Assembly (NCBI GenBank): GCA_964016885.1
Contig: OZ024744.1
Span: 107,446,001 to 107,510,000 of the forward strand
Reading direction: 5' to 3'
Length of the DNA stretch: 64,000 bases
Source of the DNA: Eledone cirrhosa
Lineage: Eukaryota
Every line of letters begins with the position of its first letter. The stretch's first letter is position 1. The position numbers were made by a program, and so were the translations under genes. Shown here one piece after another: positions 12,901-26,930 of this stretch. Under the pieces are notes generated by a model. That model saw only the letters and a program-made list of their open reading frames with translations, was not told where the DNA came from and did no database searches.

Positions 12901-12952
12901 TGTATGTATGTATGTATGTGTATATGTATGTATGTATGTATGTATGTATATA

Positions 12953-13200
12953 GAACCTGTCTCATGGTCAGGTCGTTGGCGACTAAACTGGCAACCCCAC
13001 CAAGGTTTCTTGGTGAGGAGGGTCACTTTGGAAATCCTGCAGGACTAAAAAAAAAAACCTGTCAAAGGGCAAAGGAGCTCTTAAGAGTCAATGGCCATCA
13101 AAAATCACTGGGAGAGATGACCCCTTAGCCTTTGTCAAGGCAGAATTCTAGGAGAAGGAAAACTCTGATATAACACCTGCAACCCTGATGGTATCCAATG
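12953..13200 (+). mobile_element. Possible RTE 5'-UTR-derived repeat fragment
   Basis: Contains CTAGGAGAAGGAAAACTCTGA, which I recall from RTE-type 5' UTRs. No ORF support. Confidence 0.35.
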
Positions 13201-13369
13201 ATGTTGACTTGTTCTTCTTTTTGGTAAATATCATCTTGGTTAAGAGAGTGGGACTGGTTTTGTGCAGTGCCTTTGCTCACTATAAAAGCTTCATGGCACA
13301 GGCATTGCTTTGTATCTGGAGATCTCTCTGCACTTGTCGTCACATTGTACCATGAGCCCAGCCCTGTGT

Positions 13370-13520
13370 CAATAGTTGTCAAAAGTGTAGTGTTTGTACC
13401 AGAGTTTTGAAGTCGCTGGCTGCACTAAAAAGTCACACTCGTTCAACGCATCGGTAGGGGTTCTGCTACATGGATATAAAGTAGTGGCCGTACTCGAAAA
13501 CGAGTTGGCAGCCACCATGT
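13370..13520 (+). mobile_element. Extreme 3' end of a second zinc-finger RTE (family C-like)
   Basis: Reads CSVCTRVLKSLAALKSHTRSTHR*. The terminus GGCCGTACTCGAAAACGAGTTGGCAGCCACC+(ATGT)n parallels 12869-12900. Confidence 0.7.
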
Positions 13521-14170
13521 ATGTATATATGTATGTATATATGTATGTATATATGTATGTATATGTTTTCTCTTTCTTTTTATTTTGAGTATATTTTTTT
13601 GACCGGCCACCTTCCTGGTGGCAAGGTTGTAAAAGAAAAGAAATTGTCATCCCTTGAATCACAAGAATGTTTTGCAAATTTTGAAGGTGCCAGCTATCGC
13701 AGCCATTTGTAGACTATGAATTAGGGAGCTGTGCTTTTTGTCCGCAAATCCAAGTTCAGTCATACTTTGGTCCAAGCATATATATGTATGTATATATGTA
13801 TGTATGTATGTATATATGTATGTATGTATATATGTATGTATATATGTATATATATATGTATATATATGTATATATGTATATATGTATATATGTGTATATA
13901 TGTATATATGTATATATATGTATGTATGTATATATGTATGTATATATGTATGAATATATGTATGTATATATATATATATGTATGTATGTATATATGTATA
14001 TATATATGTATACATATATATATAAGGATTAGAATACTGGAGCGTGTTGGAGTTAAACACCCTCTCCGTATTATAGAAATGACAGTAAAAGGTATAGCTC
14101 AATGCAGTTAAACAGAGCCAAAAAATTAAGAGAGTAAAACAAAGAATCCTTTAATACATCAAAAGTTTTT

Positions 14171-14215
14171 ATTAGCCGACAATGTTTCGTCCTATTAAGG
14201 ACTCATCAGGGCAAT
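14171..14215 (-). ncRNA. Minimal type-I hammerhead ribozyme (family B), minus copy
   Basis: Exact reverse complement of 14422-14466. Confidence 0.82.
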
Positions 14216-14421
14216 CAAAACAACAAGAAGTAATATCGGCAGATACAAGCCGCAAGCTCCGAAGAATATGGAGTGTACATACACTAAAGTCTTGCAAAAA
14301 TATATAATAATAAAAATAAAAATAAAAATAATAAAAATATATAATAAGAATAACTAAGGATGTATACTCCATATTCTTCGGAGCTTCCGGATTGTATCTG
14401 CCGATATTACTTCTTGTTTTG

Positions 14422-14466
14422 ATTGCCCTGATGAGTCCTTAATAGGACGAAACATTGTCGGCTAAT
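14422..14466 (+). ncRNA. Minimal type-I hammerhead ribozyme (family B), plus copy
   Basis: AUUGCC-CUGAUGA-GUCCU(UAAU)AGGAC-GAAAC-AUU-GUC^GGCUAAU: canonical core and GUC triplet (cut after 14459), followed by AATAAA. Confidence 0.85.
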
Positions 14467-14512
14467 AAAAACTTTTGATGTATTAAAGGATTCTTTGTTT
14501 TACTCTCTTAAT

Positions 14513-15212
14513 ACATATATATATATGTATATATATATGTATACATATATATATATGTATATATATATGTATACATATATATATATGTATACATATATAT
14601 ATATGTATACATATATATATATGTATACATATATATATATGTATATATATATGTATACATATATATATATGTATACATATATATATATGTATACATATAT
14701 ATATATGTATACATATATATATATGTATACATATATATATATGTATATATATATGTATACATATATATATATGTATATATATATGTATACATATATATAT
14801 ATGTATATATATATGTATACATATATATATATATGTATATATATATGTATACATATATATATATATGTATACATATATGTATATATATATGTATATATAT
14901 ATGTATATATATATGTATATATATATGTATATATATATGTATATATATATGTATATATATATATGTATATATATATGTATATATATATATGTATATATAT
15001 ATGTATATATATATGTATATATATATGTATATATATATATGTATACATATATATATATGTATATATATGTATATATATATGTATATATATATGTATATGT
15101 ATATATATGTATATGTATATATATATATATGTATATGTATATATATATGTATATATATATGTATACGTATATATATATGTATATATATATGTATACATAT
15201 ATATATATGTAT

Positions 15213-15243
<31 letters not shown>

Positions 15244-16063
15244 TATATATGTAAGTATATATATATATATATATATATAGTAAGTATATATGTATATATA
15301 TATATGTATGTATATATGTATATATATATATGTATGTATATAGGTATATATATATATATATATGTATGTATATATGTATATATATATATATGTATGTATA
15401 TATGTATATATATATATATGTATGTATATATGTATATATATATATATGTATGTATATATGTATATATATATATATGTATGTATATATGTATATATATATA
15501 TATGTATGTATATATGTATATATATATATATGTATGTATATATGTATATATATATATATGTATGTATATATGTATATATATATATATGTATGTATATATG
15601 TATATATATATATATGTATGTATATATGTATATATATATATATATGTATGTATATATATATATATGTATGTATATATGCATATATATATATATGTATGTA
15701 TATATGTATGTATATATATATATGTATGTATATATGTATATATATATATATGTATGTATATATGTATATATATATATATGTATGTATATATGTATATATA
15801 TATATATGTATGTATATATGTATATATATATATATGTATGTATATATGTATATATATATATATGTATGTATATATGTATATATATATATATGTATGTATA
15901 TATGTATATATATATATATGTATGTATATATGTATATATATATATATGTATGTATATATGTATATATATATATATGTATGTATATATGTATATATATATA
16001 TATATATGTATGTATATATATATATGTATGTATATATGTATATATATATATATATGTATGTAT

Positions 16064-16094
<31 letters not shown>

Positions 16095-16202
16095 TATATA
16101 TATATATGTATATGTATATATATATATATGTATGTATATATATATATATATATGTATGTATATATGTATATATGTATGTATATATGTATATATATATGTA
16201 TG

Positions 16203-16263
<61 letters not shown>

Positions 16264-17057
16264 GTATATGTATGTGTATATGTATATATATATTATATAT
16301 ATATGTATGTGTATATGTATATATATATATATGTATGTGTATATGTATATATATATTATATATATATGTATGTGTATATGTATATATATGTATGTGTATA
16401 TGTATATATATATGTATGTGTATATGTATATATATATTATATGTATATATGTATATATATGTATATATGTATATATATGTATATATGTATATATGTATAT
16501 ATATGTATATATATGTATATATGTATATATATATATATATATGTATATATATGTATATATATATATATATGTATATATATGTATATATATATATATGTAT
16601 ATATATGTATATATATATATATATGTATGTATGTATATATATCTATATATATATATATATATGTATGTATATATGTATATATATATATGTATGTATATAT
16701 GTATATATATATATGTATATATGTATATATGTATATATGTATATATATATGTATATATGTATATATATATGTATATATGTATATATATATGTATATATGT
16801 ATATATATATGTATATATGTATATATATATATATATATGTATGTATATATGTATATATATATATATATGTATGTATATATGTATATATATGTATGTATAT
16901 ATATATGTATGTATATATGTATATATATATATATATGTATGTATATATGTATATATATATATATATGTATGTATATATGTATATATATATATATATGTGT
17001 ATATATATATATATATGTATGTATATATGTGTATATATATATATATATATGTATGTA

Positions 17058-17139
<82 letters not shown>

Positions 17140-17165
17140 TGTATATATATATGTATATATATGAA
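14513..17165. repeat. Large (TA)n/(TATG)n microsatellite field with locally amplified ~28-bp units
   Basis: Direct reading. Confidence 0.97.
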
Positions 17166-17321
17166 TATACAGTATTAAGGATACTATTTATGGTTATGTA
17201 TATACTAAAACCTTTTATAGTTATATATATTTAAACCCTAAATAGTGAAAGACAGTAATTTATTACTACCGTATTACCAGTAAAATAAATAGCTCAATGT
17301 AATAACATCAGTTATATAGTT

Positions 17322-17997
17322 ATATAGAAATTACATGAATCAAAGTTATGTTCAAATCATTTATTTGCTTACAATTGTTTCTTCCAAACCGAGGTTTGGA
17401 GTGTTCGTAGCAATTTTTCAATGATTTTTTACATACTTGACCGCCTGTCCAACACAAGAGACATACAGAAACATATGTATATATTGATGCACAGTGGGGT
17501 GACATCCATTATAATATTATAGCATGGCAATTTACATTCAAAGATTAAAGAAAAAAATTAAAGTTAAAATACAACATTGGCAGTTTACGAAGATAAAGCA
17601 AGAGGATAGTTTGAAGTAGTTAGTGTATGCAATAGTTACACGTGGGGCATGCACGTGTGTCTTATTTATATAAGATTATAGTGCGGCAGGGTGTTATATG
17701 TAATACAAGCACTTTAAGCGGGCAATCAAGAGTATTATGGGGATTGTATTTTTTATATACGTATGATATAGAAGCCTGTGTGTAGAGAAATATCAAAAAT
17801 GAGAAGCAAAACAAAGCCACGGTCCTCGCATACACCACCATTTTCACAATCCAGGAAACGCAATATATGGAAAGTAGGTCAAGTATGTAAAAAATCATTG
17901 AAAAATTGCTCCGAAGACTCCAAACCTCGGTTTGGAAGAAACAATTGTAAGCGAATAAATGGTTTAAACAGAACTTTGATTCATGTAATTTCTATAT
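17322..17997. repeat. Inverted repeat, ~120-bp arms (17322-17441 / 17877-17997), ~435-bp spacer
   Basis: Reverse-complement arms with scattered mismatches. Confidence 0.9.
17906..17954 (+). ncRNA. Degenerate hammerhead motif (family C)
   Basis: UUGCU-CCGAAGA-CUCCAAACC(UC)GGUUUGGAA-GAA-ACAAUUGU-A^AGCGA, then AATAAA. U4C change in the core; the minus copy (~17365-17413) is more decayed. Confidence 0.5.
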
Positions 17998-18437
17998 GTA
18001 TATATATATGTATATATATATGTATACATATATATATATGTATACATATATATGTATATATGTATATGTATATATGTATACATATATATGTATATATGTA
18101 TATGTATATATGTATATATATGTATATATATATATGTGTATTTATATATATGTATGTATATATGTATATATATATGTATACATATATAAATATGTATACA
18201 TATATATATATATATATGTGTATATATGTATATATATGTATATATGTATATATATGTATATATATGTATATATGTATATATATGTATATATGTATATATA
18301 TGTATATATGTATATATATGTATATATGTATATATATGTATATATATATGTATATATATGTATGTATGTATATATGTATGTATGATATATATATATGTAT
18401 ATATATATATGTATATATTTATGTATATATATATATG

Positions 18438-18468
<31 letters not shown>

Positions 18469-18601
18469 GTATATATATATGTATATGTATATATATATGT
18501 ATATATGTATATATATATGTATATATATATGTATGTATATATATATGTATGTATATATATATGTATATATATGTATGTATATATATATGTATATATATAT
18601 G

Positions 18602-18632
<31 letters not shown>

Positions 18633-18645
18633 GTATATATATATG

Positions 18646-18676
<31 letters not shown>

Positions 18677-18735
18677 GTATATATATATGTATATATATAT
18701 ATATGTATGTATATATGTATATATATATATGTATG

Positions 18736-18806
<71 letters not shown>

Positions 18807-18923
18807 GTATGTATATGTATGTATGTATATATATATATGTATGTATATATATATATGTATGTATATATATATATGTATGTATATATATATATGTATGTAT
18901 ATATATATATGTATATATATATG

Positions 18924-18954
<31 letters not shown>

Positions 18955-19053
18955 GTATATATATGTATGTATGTATATATATATGTATGTATATATATAT
19001 GTATGTATATATATATGTATGTATATATATATGTATGTATATATATATGTATG

Positions 19054-19086
<33 letters not shown>

Positions 19087-19686
19087 GTATGTATATATAT
19101 GTATGTATGTATGTATACGTATGTATATATATATATGTATGTATATTATATGTATGTATGTATGTATATGTATGTATGTATGTATATATATGTATGTATA
19201 TATACGTATGTATATATATATATGTATGTATATTATATATATGTATGTATATTATATATATGTATGTATATTATATATATGTATGTATATTATATATATG
19301 TATGTATATTATATATATGTATGTATATTATATATATGTATGTATATTATATATATGTATATATATATATGTATGTATATATATATATGTATGTATATAT
19401 ATATATGTATGTATATATATATATGTATGTATATTATATATATGTATGTATATTATATATATGTATGTATATATATATATATGTATGTATATGTATATAT
19501 GTATGTATATGTATATATGTATGTATGTATGTATATATATATATGTGTATGTATGTATGTATATATATATATGTATGTATGTATATATATATATATGTAT
19601 GTGGATATATATATATGTGTATATATATATATATATATGTATGTGTATATATATATATATATATGTATGTGTATATATATATATAT
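17998..19686. repeat. (TA)n/(TATG)n microsatellite field
   Basis: Direct reading. Confidence 0.97.
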
Positions 19687-19780
19687 TAATAAGAGGAATT
19701 CCAACTTATTAATATAATCTTCTATACACAATCATACACACCCGTGTATATTTACCTATCTATATCTATATATATATATA

Positions 19781-22660
19781 TCATCATCATCATCATCATC
19801 ATCATCAACGTTTAACATCCGTGTTCCACGCTTGCATGGGTTTGGACGGGGGTAGTCCCACTTGAGGCAAGAGTGATTGTCTTGCTCGCATAGGACTGTC
19901 TGGCAGGTTTTCTACAGTTGGATGCCCTTCCTAACACCAACCACATTTACAGTGTGGGGCTGGGAGGTTTTTACCGTGTTGCCTACACGGCCACATTACA
20001 GCGTGGACTGTGTGTTTTTTTTGTCGTGACACCTACACGATCTCATTTATTTCGGCCTGGATGGTGTGGCACCAACATAACTTTACATAGAACGGGGTGG
20101 TGTGGATGGGGTGGGGGTGGTGCGACGGGGGGGATTTTGTTAGAGATGCCTACTGGCTGTAGTAGGTTTTACTATGTATTTAGGTAAGGCGGGTCTTCTC
20201 TGTTACTGAGTACCGCCAAAGGTCTCGGTCCAGTGACATTGTCTTGGAGAGGTGTAAGTGTGTGAGGTCGGAGTTTATCAGCTCGTCCCAGGTTTTTCTA
20301 GGTCTGCCTATTCCGTGGCTACCGTCTATCTTTATTGCCCTGCACTTTGTTATACAGCTATTGACTTTCATGCGCATCACGTGTCCATACCAACGTAGCC
20401 TTCTCTCGAGTAAACAACACCTGATCCCTCTTATTTCTAATTTTTTCCTTAGTTCGTTTATGCTTTGCCGTTCACGTATATTACTGTTACACATCCAGCG
20501 GAGCATGCAAGCTTCGTTCCTCTCTAGTCTGCGTATATCCTCTGCACACAATGCCCAGGTCTCACTGCCATGCAACATTGCTGTTCGTATGCAGGCATCG
20601 TACAACCTGCCTTTCATTTTTAGGGAGAACCCTTTAGCAGCTAATAGTGGTATAAGCTCTCTGAACTTTTTCCAACCAGTTCTGACTCTAGCTACTGTAC
20701 TTTCAGAGCACCCTCCTCCACTGCTGATTTTATCACCCAGGTAACGGAAGCTGTCCACTATTTCTATAGAACCCTCTGCGCAATTGAAAGAGCTAGTATT
20801 TTGTGGGCACTTGCTGCTACTTATTGCACCAGAGCACCGGCCACATGTAAAATCTATGTTCTTAGTTAGCTTACCTGTGATCCCACTACATCTTTTATGC
20901 ACCCATACTTTGCATTTAGGACATAAAATGGAGTTTCTACCTACGCCTTTCCTACACACCGAGCACGACCATTTCCCAGAAGGGACCGCCGCCTTATTTT
21001 TTTTCCTACAAACTAGAACTTTAGTCTTAGCCAGGTTAATTTTAAGTCCTTTTGATTCTAGGCCGTGCTTCCATGTTTGGAATTTCTTCTCTAGCTCGGC
21101 CATTGATTCCGCTATGAGTGTCAGGTCGTCTGCGTATAGGAGTTCCCATGGGCAGCCCGTCTTGAACTCCTCTGTTATAGCCTGAAGGGCAATAATAAAT
21201 AGTAGGCGGCTGAGAACAGAGCCCTGATGGACGCCAACTTTTACGCTAAACTCTTCACTATATTCGTTGTTAATTCTAACCTTGCTGACTGTTTCTTTAT
21301 ACATGGCTTGTATAGCTCTCACAAGCCATTCGTCAGCGCCTAGTTTTCTAAGAGCCCACCAGATAATGGAACGGGGGGACTCTGTCGAAGGCTTTCTCTA
21401 AGTCGACAAAAGCTAAGTAGAGGGGTTTACCTTTAGCTAGGTACTTCTCCTGTAGTTGTCGTACAATGAAAAGAGCGTCTGTGGTACTTTTGCCTGACAC
21501 AAACCCGAACTGCATTTCATCTAGGTCAATTCTCTCTCTGATTAGTTGTGCTATTACTTTTTCCATGACCTTCATGACCTGGTCGATTAATTTAATGCCT
21601 CTATAGTTACTCCTATCTAGGGCATCTCCTTTACCCTTATAACAGTTAACGATGATGCTGCTATGCCAGTCCTTCGGAACAACTCCATTCTGTACGACTT
21701 GGTTAACTATGCGGGTGACCATGGTGTGTCCCACCGTGCCAGATGCCTTCAGCATCTCAGCAACTATTTCCGAAGGCCCAGCCGCCTTACCCGTCTTCAT
21801 ATCCTTGATTGCCTTACTTATTATACTCCCCTCGACTAACACTGCTGGTCCCTCTATTGGGTCGATATGGGGGAGACTGTCTTTCTCCCATTTATTCTCC
21901 TCATTTAGTAGCCTTTCATAGTGACACTTCCAAGCTACCTTCTTATCAGCGTCGGTGATGGCAAGTATGCCATCATCGTTAAGTACACACTTCTCCCCGA
22001 CAATATCACGGTTTTCCTTGACGCATTGCCTAGCAATCCTGAACACCTCACGTTTTTGGTCATCGCGTTGTAGAACATGCTTGAACTTTCTTTCCTCAGC
22101 TTCCCTTCTTGCTAAGTACACTTGTCTCCTAGCTTCCCTCCTGGCCACTTGATAGTCTTCTCTACTTCCCCCATCCCGCCATACTTTCCAAGCCTGCTTT
22201 TTGGCCTTAATTGACCCCTCCACCTTACTGTTCCACCACCACGTTACTCTCCTCCTGCCTATAAGCCTGCTCCAGCCACAGACTTCGTCTGTCGCCAACA
22301 GCAGGTTTGCTTTCAGAAATTCCCACTGTCCCTCTATATTGTCCGACTCTAAATGTTCTTCCTTACTGTCGAAAGCATCAAGTAATATGCTTTGAAATTT
22401 ATTTCTGGCTGTGGGGTCCTTTAGCTTCCATATTTTTCTCCTGAGGATAGTCCTCTTCTGCTGTCGAGTACGTCCCGTCCTGACTATGAGGTCGCTAATT
22501 ATCAGTCTATGTTGGGAGGTGCATTCTTCATGGGGAAGGGATTTAGTGTTTACAACAGACACTCTGTCACGTCTTCTGGTAAGGATATAATCTACCTGGC
22601 TTGTGTGTTCCCCGGATCTATAGGTGATCAGGTGATTGTCACGTTTTTTGAAGTTAGTGT
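19781..22660 (-). mobile_element. RTE LINE family A, 2.9-kb 5'-truncated young copy (EN end, RT, PHD-like finger, 3' UTR)
   Basis: ORFs 21348-22562 and 20180-21322 are separated by one frameshift in a G/C run at ~21373. Motifs [30 protein letters not shown]; (CAT)n tail. Confidence 0.95.
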
Positions 22661-22661
22661 T

Positions 22662-23876
<1,215 letters not shown>

Positions 23877-23879
<3 letters not shown>

Positions 23880-24261
23880 CACTCCAACCGCAAACACTGA
23901 CCAAGAAGCAGTCGAGTCACTTCCTGAATTTATGGATGAGTTTTTCTTTTCCCAACTTATCCTTGCACCGACAAGGTATCAGAAGAACATTTGAGAGGGA
24001 GGTGAGATCACGAATAACCCATTTTCTTGAAAGCAACAGACTGCTGTACTCCAACCAACATGGGTTACGTAATGGAAGGGACTGCCTAACGCAGCTTCTG
24101 CATTTCTTTGACGATGTTTTGAGAGCCTTGGGAGAGGGCTCCAACACTGATGTCATCTACCTTGATTTCAACAAGGCCTTTGACAGGGTTGATCATAAGA
24201 TTCTATTGATAAAACTATCCAACATTGGTGCGTCTGGAGAGATACTGCAGTGGATCAAGTG
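23877..24261 (+). mobile_element. CR1/L2-group LINE fragment (RT subdomains 2-3)
   Basis: NQHGLRNGRDCLTQLLHFFD..DVIYLDFNKAFDRVDHKILLIKL..QWIK. Confidence 0.8.
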
Positions 24262-24870
24262 TGGAACATGTTTAAATTTCTTATCTTCCCCCATCTCACC
24301 ATTCTTTCCATGCCTTCCTTTTGGCCTTGATTGTCTCCTCCACCCTATTGTTCCACTACCAAGTCACTCCTTTTCTCCCTAGAGACCTGCTTCAAGCACA
24401 GATTTTGTTTGTCACCTTCAGGAATTCCCACTGCTCCCTTATACAGTATGTCTCTATTTTCTCTTCCTTACTGTTAAAAACATCAAGCAACATGTCTGTT
24501 GTTACTAGCTGTGGGAGCCTTCAACATCCACATTCTTCTCCTCAAGGTTGTCCTCTGACATCGAGATCGTCTGACCCTGACTATAAGGTCACTAACTACT
24601 AAGTTATGTTGGGAGAGACTTTGTATTAACAACTGTCACTCTGTCTTACCTTCTGGTATGGATAACATTTATCTCACTGGTGTGCTCTGCTGATCTAAAT
24701 GTGATCAAGTGATTGTCTCACTTTTTGAAGTTTGTGTTACAGATAGATAGGTCATTAACATTGCAGAATTCCAGGAATCTGAAACCTTCCCCAATTCTAG
24801 TACCGAAACCATAAGCTCCATGAACCCCGGCGTAGCCATCACAGTGTTGTCCAGCATGCCCAGACTCACA
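24262..24870 (-). mobile_element. Old, eroded RTE fragment (EN/linker)
   Basis: Patchy similarity to 270-970 and 22070-22650. Confidence 0.65.
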
Positions 24871-25014
24871 ATCCAAACTATTAGAGGTATAGGCCATACA
24901 ATCAATGATGTGAGATACTCATACCATCAGAGTGGTCACCTACCTTATAGGAAAATGTTAAGCTGAATACATGCTACCTATCTTAATAAATAACAAAAAC
25001 AAAAGCGTGAAATG

Positions 25015-25058
<44 letters not shown>

Positions 25059-25099
25059 TATATAAACGTATACACGCGTGCGCACACACATATACTCAT

Positions 25100-25265
25100 G
25101 TGTAAATGTGGATGGCATTAAGAAGGGCATCCAGCCATAGAAACCAAACCAGAAAAAGTTTAGTATGGGCAAGACATGGTCATCTGGTCTGGTTTGTCTC
25201 ACAGCAGGACAACTCGTCTGATCCAAACTAGCATGGAACAATAGACGTTAAATGATGATGATGAT
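25100..25265 (+). mobile_element. SINE 3' half with RTE-type tail
   Basis: GGCATTAAGAAGGGCATCCAGCCATAGAAACC..GACGTTAAATGATGATG. Confidence 0.7.
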
Positions 25266-25337
25266 ATATATATACACAAAACAAGGGAAACGCAAGCAAA
25301 ATAAGTTTAACGTAAAAGATTTACACTCATGTCAATT

Positions 25338-25424
25338 TTCCCTTACAGCAGCTTCAAAACACAAGAACAATATTAATTATTTTAATTAAGACTATCAAGA
25401 TTGTGAGATTCTCATCAGAGGGAA
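25338..25424 (-). ncRNA. Decayed hammerhead-like motif with long stem II (family F)
   Basis: UUCCCU-CUGAUGA-[56-nt eroded hairpin]-GAAG-CUGCU-GUA^AGGGAA. Stem I is a perfect 6 bp, but GAAG replaces GAAA. Confidence 0.45.
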
Positions 25425-25689
25425 GTCTCCAGCAATAAAGAAAATCACTTTCATGAAGCCAATAATACATGCGTTGTTTAAAAAAGGGCACATCCGCAAT
25501 GGCAAGGATGAAATCAGCAACAAGTGAACAAGTGACAAGCCATCAAGAATGCTCAAAATAGCCTGCCAACTAATCATAACTCAACCAAAGAAAGTGTAGA
25601 GAACAATCAGAAATTTAGATTTTAAAATGTCCAAATGAATCATTGATAGTTCTATGAATAGTTGCTAACTCACTTTGATTTTCCCTTGC

Positions 25690-25738
<49 letters not shown>

Positions 25739-25794
25739 GGAAATCAGTAAAATCGAATCTCTGGCGGTTTGCAAGTAAATTCGGCCTACTTATA

Positions 25795-25856
<62 letters not shown>

Positions 25857-25987
25857 AAAGTTCTATTTAAAATTGTTGGGATACAACAAGTAAATATTTT
25901 TATAACTGATATAAAGCACTCGACAAGTATTTGGAGTAGATATACGATATTAATAAATGGAAACTATATTTATAAAACCATATTTAT

Positions 25988-26046
25988 TTCATTATACATA
26001 TTTCAGGGATACCAAATTAAATTATGGTATGCCTTCATCAGACAAA
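25988..26046 (-). ncRNA. Minimal hammerhead ribozyme (family D), minus copy
   Basis: Reverse complement of 26374-26432. Confidence 0.65.
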
Positions 26047-26373
26047 GTACAATATATACCAGTTTTACAAATAAGCTTTGACGTACCCTTTTAAAATGCA
26101 ACCATTATTTTTGGAAGCCATCTGGATAGTGAATTGTTTATATTATTTTAATAAGTCTTAGTGTTAAGGACAATTAGAAAAAGACGGAGAGAAAAAAGAA
26201 AAAGTTTTTTTCTTTTTCTTTTTTCTCTCTCTCCGTCTTTTTCTAATTGTCCTTAACACTAAGACTTATTAAAATAATATAAACAATTCACTATCCAGAT
26301 GGTTTCCAAAAATAATGGTTGCATTTTAAAAGGGTATGTCAAAGCTTATTTGTAAAACTTATATATATTGTAC

Positions 26374-26432
26374 TTTGTCTGATGAAGGCATACCATAATT
26401 TAATTTGGTATCCCTGAAATATGTATAATGAA
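26374..26432 (+). ncRNA. Minimal hammerhead ribozyme (family D), plus copy
   Basis: UUUGU-CUGAUGA-AGGCAUACCA..UGGUAUCCCU-GAAA-UAUGUAU-A^AUGAA, then AAUAAA. Stem I relies on G-U pairs. Confidence 0.65.
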
Positions 26433-26745
26433 ATAAATATGGTTTTATAAATATAGTTTCCATTTATTAATATCGTATATATATATATGTATGTATGTAT
26501 GTATGTGTGTATGTGTGTGTGTGTATATATATATGTAGGTCTATTATATATTTCGTTTCTGAATTTGTTTAGCAAGATTCTTTATCTGAAAACGTGTTGA
26601 AACCGATATTGTTATACTTTGGGAGGGTCATGTTGCCAATAAGAAACACACGCACCAGTTGCTTTCACTTCAATTTATTATAAATTAAATTTATAAATTT
26701 CCTGTTGGTTGGTTGGTTCCACAACCAGATGATTGTTCATATATT

Positions 26746-26788
26746 GTCAAAGTTCTTTCGTCACACATTCCGTGACCTCTTCAGTGAC
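26746..26788 (-). ncRNA. Hammerhead-like motif (family G)
   Basis: GUCA-CUGAAGA-G-GUCAC(GGAAUGU)GUGAC-GAA-AGAACU-U^UGAC, with one extra G after A9. Confidence 0.55.
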
Positions 26789-26930
26789 TGGGGATTCTTT
26801 TCTTTGTTTTTGTGTGTGTTGTGTGCTTAGTTTGCGCATGTGTTACAGCCGGGTGTCTGTGTGTGTTTATATTTGTTTATTTATTTGTTCATTTACATGT
26901 TACTGGTTGGTTGTTATAGTATATATATAT

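Larger units (their letters stand above)
14125..14512. repeat. Inverted repeat, ~155-bp arms (14125-14280 / 14360-14512), A-rich spacer
   Basis: Reverse-complement arms with few mismatches. Confidence 0.93.
25940..26480. repeat. Near-perfect ~540-bp palindrome (arms ~265 bp, almost no spacer)
   Basis: 25940-26202 vs 26204-26480 as reverse complements; also visible as twin ORFs 25794(+) and 26339(-). Confidence 0.95.
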
